Of a stretch of 64,000 nt of DNA, positions 42,001-54,000 are shown in pieces. The notes under the pieces were generated by a model. The model was not told the DNA's origin, made no database searches, and saw nothing but the letters and a program-made list of their open reading frames with translations. Positions within the stretch are counted from its first letter, which is position 1. Each line of letters starts with the position of its first letter. The DNA comes from Candidatus Oxydemutator sp. (GTDB taxonomy: Bacteria; Pseudomonadota; Gammaproteobacteria; Poriferisulfidales; Oxydemutatoraceae). The DNA lies in NCBI GenBank assembly GCA_965203445.1, contig OZ241883.1:1568001-1632000 (forward strand), given 5' to 3'. A program made the translations under genes and the position numbers.

Positions 42001-45000
42001 CATATATGTGCGGATTGCCGCCGACGACGTGCTTGAGCCCGAGGAGTCGTACATGGTGAGGATCAGTCAGCCGACGGGCGGCGGCAGCGGTTCCGTGGTT
42101 TTGGGCATCCCGTCCGTGGTGACGGCGGTGATTCCCGCTGATTCTCCGGTGGTCTGGATAGAGAGCGTGGCCGCAGAGGTCGCGGAAGGCGGCGCCGTGG
42201 CGATGGCGTTGACCGCCACGTTTGCGACCAACGTGAACGTCAACTACCGGGTGGTTTCCTCGACCGCCGGCGCCAGCATAGACTCCGATGATTTGGCGGC
42301 GGGCGCGCAAGGCGCGGACTGCTTCGGCGCCACGGCGACGTGCGTGACCTCCGTCGGCGCGAGCGCGAATATCCTGTCCACGGCCAACGACGCCGCCGTC
42401 GAGCCGTCGGAAGGTTTCCGGGTGGTGCTGCTGGCGGGCGACGGTTATACATTGGGTGAGCCGAGCAGCGCGGTGGGCAGCATCGAGGCGAGCGACCGCG
42501 AGTTGACGATAGCGGCGTTGTCTGCGTCCGCCGACGAGGGGGAGACGCTGGACTTCGCCATCGGGTTGACGGCGGAATCGGTAGAGTTGACGGAGGCGAT
42601 GCAGGTGTCGTACCGGGTTATTACCAGCACCAGTATCACCGCCGAAGACTTTGAGGGCGCGCTTGAGGGCATGGTTACGCTGGCCGCAGGCGAGAGAAGC
42701 ACGATGTTTGCGATAACCTTGCGCGACGACGGCGTGGAGGAGACTGCGGCGGAGAGCTTCCGCGTGGAGATCACCACGGCGACCGGCGGTGGCGGCGACC
42801 ACACCAACAACCTGCCGGCCGCGCCGGCGACGGCCGAGATCAACGCCGACGGCCGACTGATGGCAACGGCGTATGTTCAGCGAGGCAGTACCGCTTACCG
42901 AGTGGGCGAAGACAATCTTATCGTCGACGAACACGAAGGCACTGGAGCCGGCAGCATTTATATCGGTGTGGAACTGGTGGATGACGGTGGTAATCCTACG
43001 GATCCGCGAGAGTCGGTTACGGTGAGTTACAGGCTGTCCGGATCAGCCGACGGGGCCGACTACACGAACTCGGATTCGGGGAACACGATCACGGTCGCAA
43101 CCGACAAGAGCACCGGAACCGTCACCATCACGCTGGTTGACGACAATCTGAACGAGTCCGCCGAAGACGTTGTGATAGAGCTGCTCGCGATCACCGCGGG
43201 CAGCGACGCGGCCATATTGGCCTCCGAGGCCTCGTCGAGGAGCATCGCGTTCACGATCAACGACAACGATCCGGCCACCTACGCGATCACGGTCGACGAG
43301 GGCAGCGTGTCCGAGGGCGACGATCCGGGCTACCGGATTACTTTGGACCGGCTGTCCGCGGGCGACATCACGGTGCCGTACACGGTAAGCGGGATCGGCG
43401 CCGAGGGTTACTCGGCGGGCACCGAGACGACCGTGTTGAGTGGCGAGACCAGCGCGGCCATCGCGCTGACGATAGTGGACGACAACGTCAACGAGGCGAC
43501 GCAGACGCTGGTCGTAACCGTAGGCGACATGCCGCGGATCGGCGCGGGCGCGGGCGAGGCATTGCGCGCCGCCGACAGTTCGCGGCAGTCGGTCGAGATA
43601 GCGCGGAGCGATCCGCTGACCTACGCGGTCGAGTCGCTGACGCCGGACGTGTCCGGCGAACCCGGGACTGCGCGCTTTCGTCTTACGCTGACGGGTGGCG
43701 TTGCCGGCGCGCAGATAACGGTGCCGTACACGCTTTCGATATCCGGCACCAACGCCGTCAATGCCGGCGGCCAGACCGCGGATTTCACCGATAACAACGA
43801 CGGCAGTTTCGTTGTCGCCGTCGGCAGCAGCAGCGCCGAGATAAGCGTGAGCATCCTGGATGACGAGGTGGAAGAGCAGGAGGAGACGCTGACGCTGACG
43901 GTCAGCGCTACGTCAATAGTTGCCGCCGGTGGCGGCGTAGTCAGCCGCTCCGCCGAAGCGCAGGATCAGACGGCGCAGGCGGTCATCCCGGCGAACGGCG
44001 CCATCGTTCGCTGGTTCCATATCACGGTGGTGCCCGAGGGCACCACCAGCGTGGGCGAAGGTGCGCAGGCCATCTATGCGATCAGTTACGACGGCACGAC
44101 GCCGTCCGCGGGTGAGACGATTACCGTGACCTGGGAGGTGGCCGGCGCCGGCATGCGCGCCGCGTCCGCCGCCGACTTTGCGCAGAGCATGGGTAGCATG
44201 GGTAGCGTGGAATTTTCCGATGCCGACGCTCCGGGCGTCGCCCGCAACGTCATGCTTCGGATTGCCGAGGACACTCTGAACGAGGGCGACGAGGCGTTCA
44301 CGATCACGATCACCGAGGACAATGGGTTTTCGCGGGTGTATTCGACCGCTTCGATGGTCGAGACGACGGTTACCGACGATGCCGCCGACGCGCTGGTGGT
44401 CTCGATTGCGCGCAGTGATTCGGGCGATCTGGTCGAGGGCGCGCCGACGACGGGCGTGCGCACGGCCGAGTTTGTCGTAACCGTGGGCAACGCGACCGCC
44501 ACCGCGGCGCTGACGATCCCGTTTATGGTGAGCGGCGACGTCGCCGGTGCGGAAGACGCCGACTACGTGCTGACGCCTTCGGTGGAGCTGGAGATACCGG
44601 CAGGGATGAGCACCGCCTCGATCACGCTCGAGGCGGTGGACGACGCGCTCAACGAGGGCGCGGAGACATTGAGCGTCGAGCTGGGCGAGGTGCAGGGAGC
44701 GCTCGGCGCGGCCTCGGTGTCGGCGGACGCGAGTTCGGCCGCGGTGACGATAGCGGCGAACGACGAGATCACGGTGTCGCTGTCGGAGCTTGTGTCCGGC
44801 GGTGCGGAAGGCACGACGGCGCGGTTCACGGTGTCGCTTGCGGGCGGCGAGGCGACCGAGGAGACCGTGGTGCCGTGGCAGGTTGTGTCGGGCACCGTTG
44901 GCGGTGCTTCCGCCGCTGATTTTGGAGCCGGAGCCGGCGGCGGCGAGTTGCGCTTTGCAGTGGGTGTCACGCAGCAGAACATATATGTGCGGATCGTCGC

Positions 45001-48000
45001 CGACGACGTGATCGAGTCCGACGAGTCGTACATGGTGAGAATCAGTCAGCCGACGGGCGGCGGCAGCGGTTCCGTGGCTTTGGGCATCCCCTCCACGGTG
45101 ACGGCGGTGATTCCCGCCGATGTTCCGGTGGTCTCGATAGAGAGCGTCGTAGCGGACGTCGCGGAAGGCGAGGTCGTGGCGATGGCGTTGACCGCCACGT
45201 TTGCGACCAATGTGAACGTCAGCTACCGGGTGGTTTCCCCGACCGCCGGCGCCAGCATAGACTCCGCTGATTTGGCGGCGGGTGCGCAAGGCGCGGATTG
45301 CTTCGGCGCCACGGCGACGTGCGAGACGCCCGTCGGCGCGAGCACGAATATCCTGTCCACGGTCAACGACGATGCCGTCGAGCCGTTGGAAGGTTTCCGG
45401 GTGGTGCTGTTGCCGGGCGACGGTTATACATTGGGTGAGCCGAGCAGCGCGGTGGGCAGCATCGAGGCAAGCGACCGCGAATTGACGATAGCGGCGTCGG
45501 ATGCGACGTCCGCCAACGAGGGGGAGACGCTGGAATTCACCGTCGGGCTGACGGCGCAATCGGTAGAGTTGACGGAGGCGATGCGGGTGTCGTACCGGGT
45601 TACCGGCACGGACGGTATCACCGCCGGCGACTTTGAGGGCGCGCTCGAGGGCATGGTTACGTTGGCCGCAGGCGAGAGAAGCACGACGTTTTCGGTAGCC
45701 TTGCGCGTCGACGACTACGGGGAGGGGGTAGAAAGCTTCCGCGTAGAAATCACGGAAGCGATGGGCGGTGGCGGCGACCACACCAACAACCTGCCGGCCG
45801 CGCCGGTGACGGCCGAGATCAACGCCGAAGCCCGGTTGATAGCGAGGGCGTTTGTTTCCCGTGTCAGCATCAATGAATCCGACAGCCCCAACACCGTTGG
45901 TATCGGTGTGCAACTGGTGGATGCCGACGGCACCCCTACGGATCCGTCAGAGTCGGTTACGGTGCGCTACAGGCTGTTCGGGTCTGCCGGCGGGGACGAC
46001 TACACGAGGTCGGGTTCGGGGAACACGTTCACGGTCGGCACCAGCAACAGCACCGCAACCGTCATAATCACGTTGGTTGACGACAATCTGAACGAGTCCG
46101 GCGAAGCCGTCGCGATAGAGCTGCTTGCGATCACCGCGGGCACCGAAACGGCCGTATTGGCCGCCGCGGCCTCGTCGAGGAGCACCGCGTTCACGATCAC
46201 CGACAACGATCCGGCCACCTACGCGATCACGGCCGACGAGGACAGCGTGTCCGAGGGCGACGATCCGGGCTATCGGGTTACTTTGGACCGGCCGTCCGCG
46301 GGCGACATCACGGTGTCGTACACGGTGAGCGGGATCGGCGCCGGCGGTTACTCGGCGGGCACCGAGACGACCGTGTTAAGTGGCGAGACCAGCGCCGCCA
46401 TTGCGCTGACGATAGTGGACGACGACGTCAACGAGGCGACGCAGACGCTGGTCGTAACCGTAGGCGACATGCCGCGGATCGGCGCGGGTGCGGGCGAGGC
46501 GTTGCGCGCCGCCGACAGTTCGCGGCAGTCGGTCGAGATAGTATGGAGCGATCCGCTGACCTACGCGGTCGAGTCGCTGACGCCGGACGTGCCCGGCGAA
46601 CCCGCTACCGCGCGCTTCCGTCTTACGCTGACGGGTGGCGTTGCCGGTGCGCAGATAACGGTGCCGTACCGTCTTTGGATATCCGCGAGCAACACCTCCA
46701 TGCAGACCGCGGATTTCAGGGATAACGACAACGGCAATTTCATCGTCGCCGCTGGCAGCAGCCGTGCCGAGATAACCGTGGATATCCTGGATGACGAGGT
46801 GAACGAGGCGGCGGAGACGCTGACGCTGACAGTCAACACCACGGCGACGGTCGCCGTCGGCGGCGGCATGGTCAGCGGTTCCACCGAAGCACAGGATCGG
46901 ACGGCGCAGGCGGTCATCGCCGAGAACGGCGTCGTCGCTCGCTGGTTCCATATCACGGCGGTGCCCGAGGGCACCACCAGTGTGGGCGAAGGCGCGCAGG
47001 CCATCTATGCAGTCAGTTACGACGGCACGACGCCGTCCGCGGGTGAGACGATTACCGTGACCTGGGAGGTGGCCGGGGCCGGCATGCGCGCCGCGTCCGC
47101 CGCCGACTTTGCGCAGAGCATGGGTAGCGTGGAATTCTCTGATGCCGACGCTCCAGGCGCCGCCCGCAACGTCACGCTTCAGATTGCGGAGGACACCCTG
47201 AACGAGGGCGACGAGGCGTTCACGATCACGATCACCGAGGACGATCTGCTTTCGCGGGTGTATTCGACCGGTTCGATGGTTATGACGACGATTACCGACG
47301 ACGCCGACGACGCGCTGGTAGTCTCGATTGCGCGCAGCGATTCGGGCGATCTGGTCGAGGGTGCGCCGGTGACGAGCGTGCGCACGGCCGAGTTCGTCGT
47401 AACCGTGGGCAACGCGACCGCCACCGCGGCGCTGACGATCCCGTTTATGGTGAGCGGCGACGTCGCCGGTGCGGAAGCTGCCGACTACGTGCTGACGCCT
47501 GCGACGATGCTGGAGATACCGGCAGGGATGAGCACCGCCTCGATCACGCTCGAGGCGGTCAACGACGATGCCGTCGAGCCGTCGGAAGGTTTCCGGGTGG
47601 TGCTGCTACCGGGCGACGGTTATACATTGGGTGAGCCGAGCAGCGCGGTGGGCAGCATCGAGGCGAGCGACCGCGAATTGACGATAGCGGCGTCGGATGC
47701 GTCGTCCGCCAACGAGGGGGAGACGCTGGAATTCACCGTCGGGCTGACGGCGCAATCGGTAGAGTTGACGGAGGCGATGCAGGTGTCGTACCGGGTTACC
47801 GGCACGGACGGTATCACCGCCGACGACTTTGAGGGCGCGCTTGAGGGCATGGTTACGTTGGCCGCAGGCGAGAGAAGCACGACGTTTTCGGTAGCCTTGC
47901 GTGCCGACGACTACGGGGAGGGGGTAGAACGCTTCCGCGTAGAAGTCACGGAAGCGACCGGCGGTGGCGGCGATCACACCAACAACCTGCCGGCCGCGCC

Positions 48001-51000
48001 GGTGACGGCCGAGATCAACGCCGAAACCCGACTGATAGCGAGGGCGTTTGTGCACCATCGGAACGCGCACGCCTATTACCGGATGGGCGAATTCAGCATC
48101 GCCGAATCCAGCAACGACCTCATTGGTATCGGTGTGGAACTGGTGGATGCCGACGGCACCCCTATGGATCCGTCAGAGTCGGTTACGGTGCGCTACAGGC
48201 TGTTCGGGTCTGCCGGCGGGGACGACTACACGAGGTCAGGTTCGGGGAACACGCTCACGGTCGGCACCAGCAACAGCACCGCGACCGTCATAATCACGTT
48301 GGTTGACGACAATCTGAACGAGTCCGCCGAGGCCGTTGCGATAGAGCTGCTCGCGATCACCGCGGGCACCGAAACGGCCGTATTGGCCGCCGCGGCCTCG
48401 TCGAGGAGCACCGCGTTCACGATCACCGACAACGATCCGGCCACCTACGCGATCACGGCCGACGAGGAGCGCGTGTCCGAGGGCGACGATCCGGGCTACC
48501 GGATTACTTTGGATCGGCCGTCTGCGGGCGACATCACGGTGTCGTACACGGTGAGCGGGATCGGCGCCGAGGGTTACTCGGCGGGCACCGAGACGACCGT
48601 GTTGAGTGGCGAGACCACCGCCGCCATCGCGCTGACGATAGTGGACGACGACGTCAACGAGGCGACGCAGACGCTGGTCGTAACCGTAGGCGACATGCCT
48701 CGGATCGGCGCGGGTGCGGGCGAGGCATTGCGCGCCGCCGACAGTTCGCGGCAGTCGGTCGAGATAGTATGGAGCGATCCGCTGACCTACGCGGTCGAGT
48801 CGCTGACGCCGGACGTGCCCGACGAACCCGCTACCGCGCGCTTCCGTCTTACGCTGACGGGTGGCGTTGCCGGTGCGCAGATAACGGTGCCGTACCGTCT
48901 TTGGATATCCGCTAGCAACACCTCCATGCAGACCGCGGATTTCAGGGATAACGACAACGGCAGTTTCATTGTTGCCGCCGGCAGCAGCCGTGCCGAGATA
49001 ACCGTGGATATCCTGGATGACCAGGTGGACGAGGCGGCGGAGACGCTGACGCTGGCAATCAACAGCACGGCGACGGTCGCCGCCGGCGGCGGCATGGTCA
49101 GCCGCTCCGCCGAAGCACAGGATCAGACGGCGCAGGCGGTCATCGCCGAGAACGGCGTCGTCGCTCGCTGGTTCCATATCACGGCGGTGCCCGAGGGCAC
49201 CACCAGCGTGGCCGAAGGCGCGCAGGCTACCTATGAGGTCAGTTACGACGGCACGACGCCGTCCGCGGGCGAGACGATTACCGTGACCTGGGAGGTGGCC
49301 GGCATCGGCATGCGCGCCGCGTCCGCCGCCGACTTTGTGAAGAGCACGGGTACCGTGGCATTTTCCAATGTCGACGCTCCGGGTACCACCCGCACCGTCA
49401 CGCTTCAGATTGCGGAGGACACTCTGAACGAAGGCGACGAGGCGTTCACGATCACGATCACCGAGGACAATCAGTTTTCGCGGGTGTATTCGACCGGTTC
49501 GATGGTTATGACGACGATTACCGACGACGCCGACGATGCGCTGGTAGTCTCGATTGTGCGCAGTGATTCGGGCGATCTGGTCGAGGGCGCGCCGGTGACG
49601 AGCGTGCGCACGGCCGAGTTCGTCGTGACCGTGGGCAACGCGACCGCCACCGCGGCGCTGACGATCCCGCTTACGGTGAGCGGCGACGTCGCCGGTGCGG
49701 AAGACGCCGACTACGTGCTGACGCCTGCGACGGAGCTGGAGATACCGGCAGGGATGAGCACCGCCTCGATCACGCTCGAGGCGGTCAACGACGATGCCGT
49801 CGAGCCGTCGGAAGAGTTCCGGGTGGTGCTGCTGCCGGGCGACGGTTATGAATTGGGTGAGCCGAGCAGCGCGGTGGGCAGCATCGAGGCGAGCGACCGC
49901 GAGTTGACGATAGCGGCGTCGGATGCGTCATCCGCCAACGAGGGAGAGGCGCTGGAATTCACCGTCGGGCTGACGGCGCAATCGGTAGAGTTGACGGAGG
50001 CGATGCAAGTGTCGTACCGGGTTACCGGCACGGACGGTATCACCGCCGACGACTTTGAGGGCGCGCTTGAGGGCATGGTTACGTTGGCCGCAGGCGAGAG
50101 AAGCACGACGTTTTCGGTAGCCTTGCGCGTCGACGACTACGGGGAGGGGGTAGAAAGCTTCCGCGTAGAAGTCACGGAAGCGACCGGCGGTGGTGGCGGT
50201 CACACCAACAACCTGCCGGCCGCGCCGGCGACGGCCGAGATCAACGCCGAAACCGGGTTGATAGCGAGGGCGGTTGTTTATCAGGCGGGCGCCTATTACC
50301 GGATGGGCGAATTCAGCATCAGCGAAGCCGGCGGCGGCACCGTTTATATCGGTGTGGAACTGGTGGATTCCGACGGCAACCACGTGCATCCGTCAGAGTC
50401 GGTTGCGGTGCGCTACAGGCTGTCCGGGTCTGCCGGCGGGGACGACTACACGAGGTCGGATTCGGGGAACACGCTCACGGTCGGCACCAGCGCCAGCACT
50501 GCAACCGTCACAATCACGCTGGTTGACGACAATCTGAACGAGTCCGCCGAAGACATTGCGATAGAGCTGCTTGCGGTCACCGCGGGCACCGAGACGGCTG
50601 TATTGGCCGCCGCGGCCTCGTCGAGGAGCACCGCGTTCACGATCACCGACAACGATCCGGCCGCCTACGCGGTCACGGCCGACGAGGACAGCGTGTCCGA
50701 GGGCGACGATCCGGGCTACCGGGTTACTTTGGACCGTCCGTCGGCGGGCGACATCACGGTGTCGTACACGGTAAGCGGGATCGGCGCCGAGGGTTACTCG
50801 GCGGGCACCGAGACGACCGTGTTGAGTGGCGAGACCAGCGCGGCCATTGCGCTGACGATAGTGGACGACAACGTCAACGAGGCGACGCAGACGCTGGTCG
50901 TAACCATAGGCGACATGCCTCGGATCGGCGCGGGCGCGGGCGCGGTGTCGCGCGCCGCCGACAGTTCGCGGCAGTCGGTCGAGATAGTATGGAGCGATCC

Positions 51001-54000
51001 GCTGACCTACGCGGTCGAGTCGCTGACTCCGGACGTGCCCGACGAACCCGCTACCGCGCGCTTCCGTCTTACGCTGACGGGCGGCGTTGCCGGCGCGCAG
51101 ATAACGGTGCCGTACGCGCTTTGGATATCCGCGAGCAACACCGTCAGCCAGACCGCAGATTTCAGCGATAACGACGACGGCAGTTTCGTCGTCGCCGCCG
51201 GCAGCACCCGCGCCGAGATAACCGTGGATATCCTGGATGACGGGGTGAACGAGGCGGAGGAGACGCTGACGCTGACAGTCAGCACCACGGCGATGGTCGC
51301 GGCCGGCGGCGGCATGGTCAGCCGCTCCGCCGAAGCGCAGGATCAGACGGCGCAGGCGGTCATCGCCGAGAACGGCGTTGCCGCTCGCTGGTTCCATATC
51401 ACGGCGGTGCCCGAGGGCACCACCAGCGTGGGCGAAGGCGCGCAGGCTACCTATGAGGTCAGTTACGACGGCACGACGCCGTCCGCGGGCGAGATGATTA
51501 CCGTGACCTGGGAGGTGGCCGGTGCCGGCATGCGCGCCGCGTCCGCCGCCGACTTTGCGCAGAGCGCGGGTAGCGTGACGTTTTCTGATGTCAACGCTCC
51601 GGGCACCACCCGCACCGTCACGCTTCAGATTGCGGGGGACACTCTGAACGAAGGCGACGAGGCGTTCACGATCACGATCACCGAGGACGATCTGCTTTCG
51701 CGGGTGTATTCGACCGGTTCGATGGTTATGACGACGATTACCGACGACGCCGACGACGCGCTGGTAGTCTCGATTGCGCGCAGTGATTCGGGCGATCTGG
51801 TCGAGGGCGCGACGATGACGAGCGTGCGCACGGCCGAGTTTGTCGTAACCGTGGGCGACGCGACCGCCGCCGCGGCGCTGACGATCCCGCTTACGGTAAG
51901 CGGCGACGTCGCCGGTGCGGAAGCGGCCGACTACGTGCTGACGCCTGCGACGGAGCTGGAGATACCGGCAGGGATGAGCACCGCCTCGATCACGCTCGAG
52001 GCGGTGGACGACGCGCTCAACGAGGGCGCGGAGACGCTGACCGTCGAGCTGGGCGGGGTGCAAGCGCCCGGCATGGCCTCGGTGTCGGCGGACGCGAGTT
52101 CGGCTGCGGTGACGATAGCCGCGAACGACGAGATCACGGTGTCGCTGTCGGAGCTTGTGTCCGGCGGCGCGGAAGGCACGACCGCGCGGTTCACGGTGTC
52201 GCTTGCGGGCGGTGAGGCGACCGAGGAGACCGTGGTGCCGTGGCAGATTGTGTCGGGCACCGCCTCCGCCGTCGCTGATTTTGGAACCAGTGCCGGCGAG
52301 TTGCGCTTTGCGGTGGGTGCTACGCAGCAGAGCATATATGTGCAGATTGTCGACGACGACGTGGCCGAGCCCGAGGAGTCGTACATGGTAAGAATCAGCC
52401 AGCCGACGGGCGGCGGCAGCGGTTCCGTGGCTTTGGGCACCCCGTCCATGGTAACGGCGGTGATCCCGGCGAGCGACCTGCCTGTGCTGTCGGTGTCGGC
52501 GCTTGTGGCGACGGTGGCCGAGACCGAAGCCGAGGCCTCTTTCAGGGTGCAATATGGCGACGGCACGACGATGCCTCCCCAGGCGGTGACCGTCCGTTAT
52601 CGCTTGTCGGGCACCGCCGAAGCCGTTGACGGCGGAGGCGACTACGAATATCCCGCTGGCTACAACCCCATCGGGGATGCCGCCGGCGGCGCCGTAACGA
52701 TAGGCACGGACGCGAGTTCTGCCAACGTCGTGCTGGCCCTGCGCGACGACGACCTCGATGAGCCTGATGAGACCATCGTCCTCGAGCTGCTTGAGGTTAC
52801 CGCGGGCGACGCCATGCTGCCGGCCGCTACCAGCGCGACCATCACGATAGAGGACGACGACAAGTTGTCGTTGTCGGTGGCGGCGTCGGAGGCGAGAACT
52901 CTCGAAGGCGATTCGGCCGAGATTGCGTTCACGGTGTCGCTGTTGAACGACGGTGTCGAGCCGACGCGCCCGCGCACGCAAGAAGTGCGCGTGGCCTACA
53001 CCTTAGGGGGCACCGCGGCCGGTGCCGGCACGGACTACACCGACCCGAGCGGATACGACGCGGGTGCGAGTTCGGGCGTGGTCGTGTTGAGCGCGGGCAC
53101 CAATAGCGCCGATGTTTCGATAACGGTGCAGGACGACGCGGTGGTCGAGCCCGACGAGACCGTGATCTTCGAGTTGACCGAGGTCATCGAGGGCGGTGAT
53201 TTGGCCGAATTGCGCGCCGCCGACACCACGCGCGCAAGCGTAACCATCATCGACAACGACGAGCCGGCGGGCACAGTAGTAAGCGCGGGCGTGTTTCTGG
53301 AGGGGGCGTATCGTGTCGCAAATGACGACATGGGCACGTTTTTGAATCAAGCGCTGCCACGTATGCAACCGTATAACGTGAGGCCCTGGAACCACGCGGC
53401 GACGACGACGGTGCCGCGTATAGAGGGCGCCACTAACGCCAACGGCATGCCGCCGAATGTGGTGGATTGGGTACTGTTGGAATTGCGGGTGGTGGACGAG
53501 GGTTCCGCGCCGAGTGCTGCGGATCCGGACAGCGTGCCCGCGGGCGGCGTGAAGGCGGGCTTGATTCTGTCCGACGGCAGCATAGTAGGCGTGAACGAGA
53601 ATGCGACCATGACGACGGATGTGTTGGCTCGGCAAGGGGTGCGCTTTGACGCCGAGATAGGGCCGAACCAGGACGTGTATCTGCTGTTGCAGCACCGCAA
53701 CCACCTGTCGGTGTTGTCAGGGCGTCCGTTGTCCGCGGATTGCGGCGGTTCGGGCGCAGACTATTGTATAGACTACCGAGAGGTGGGAGCCTCTGCGGAT
53801 TTGTATAATGGGAGCTGCCCGATGTTCCGTAACAATGACCGTTTGTTCATGGTAACCGGCGACGTGAATGCTGACGGCGTGATAGTAACGGCGGATGCTG
53901 AGTTTGCAAACGAGGCTCTTAGTCGTGCTACCGATTTGAATCTTCAGGCCACAAATAATCCGGCTTCGTTCAGGATTCTCACATTTAGAGGCACGGATTT

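Noticed and set aside
29190-50350. Diversity-generating retroelement as the source of the variable loops
   Set aside because: No reverse transcriptase or template repeat in the window; differences include indels and are not adenine-specific.
29330-52981. Very long minus-strand ORFs (1591, 649, 963, 666 and 862 aa) inside the giant gene
   Set aside because: Arg/His/Gly-rich translations with no motifs; expected from GC-rich biased codon usage repeated across units.
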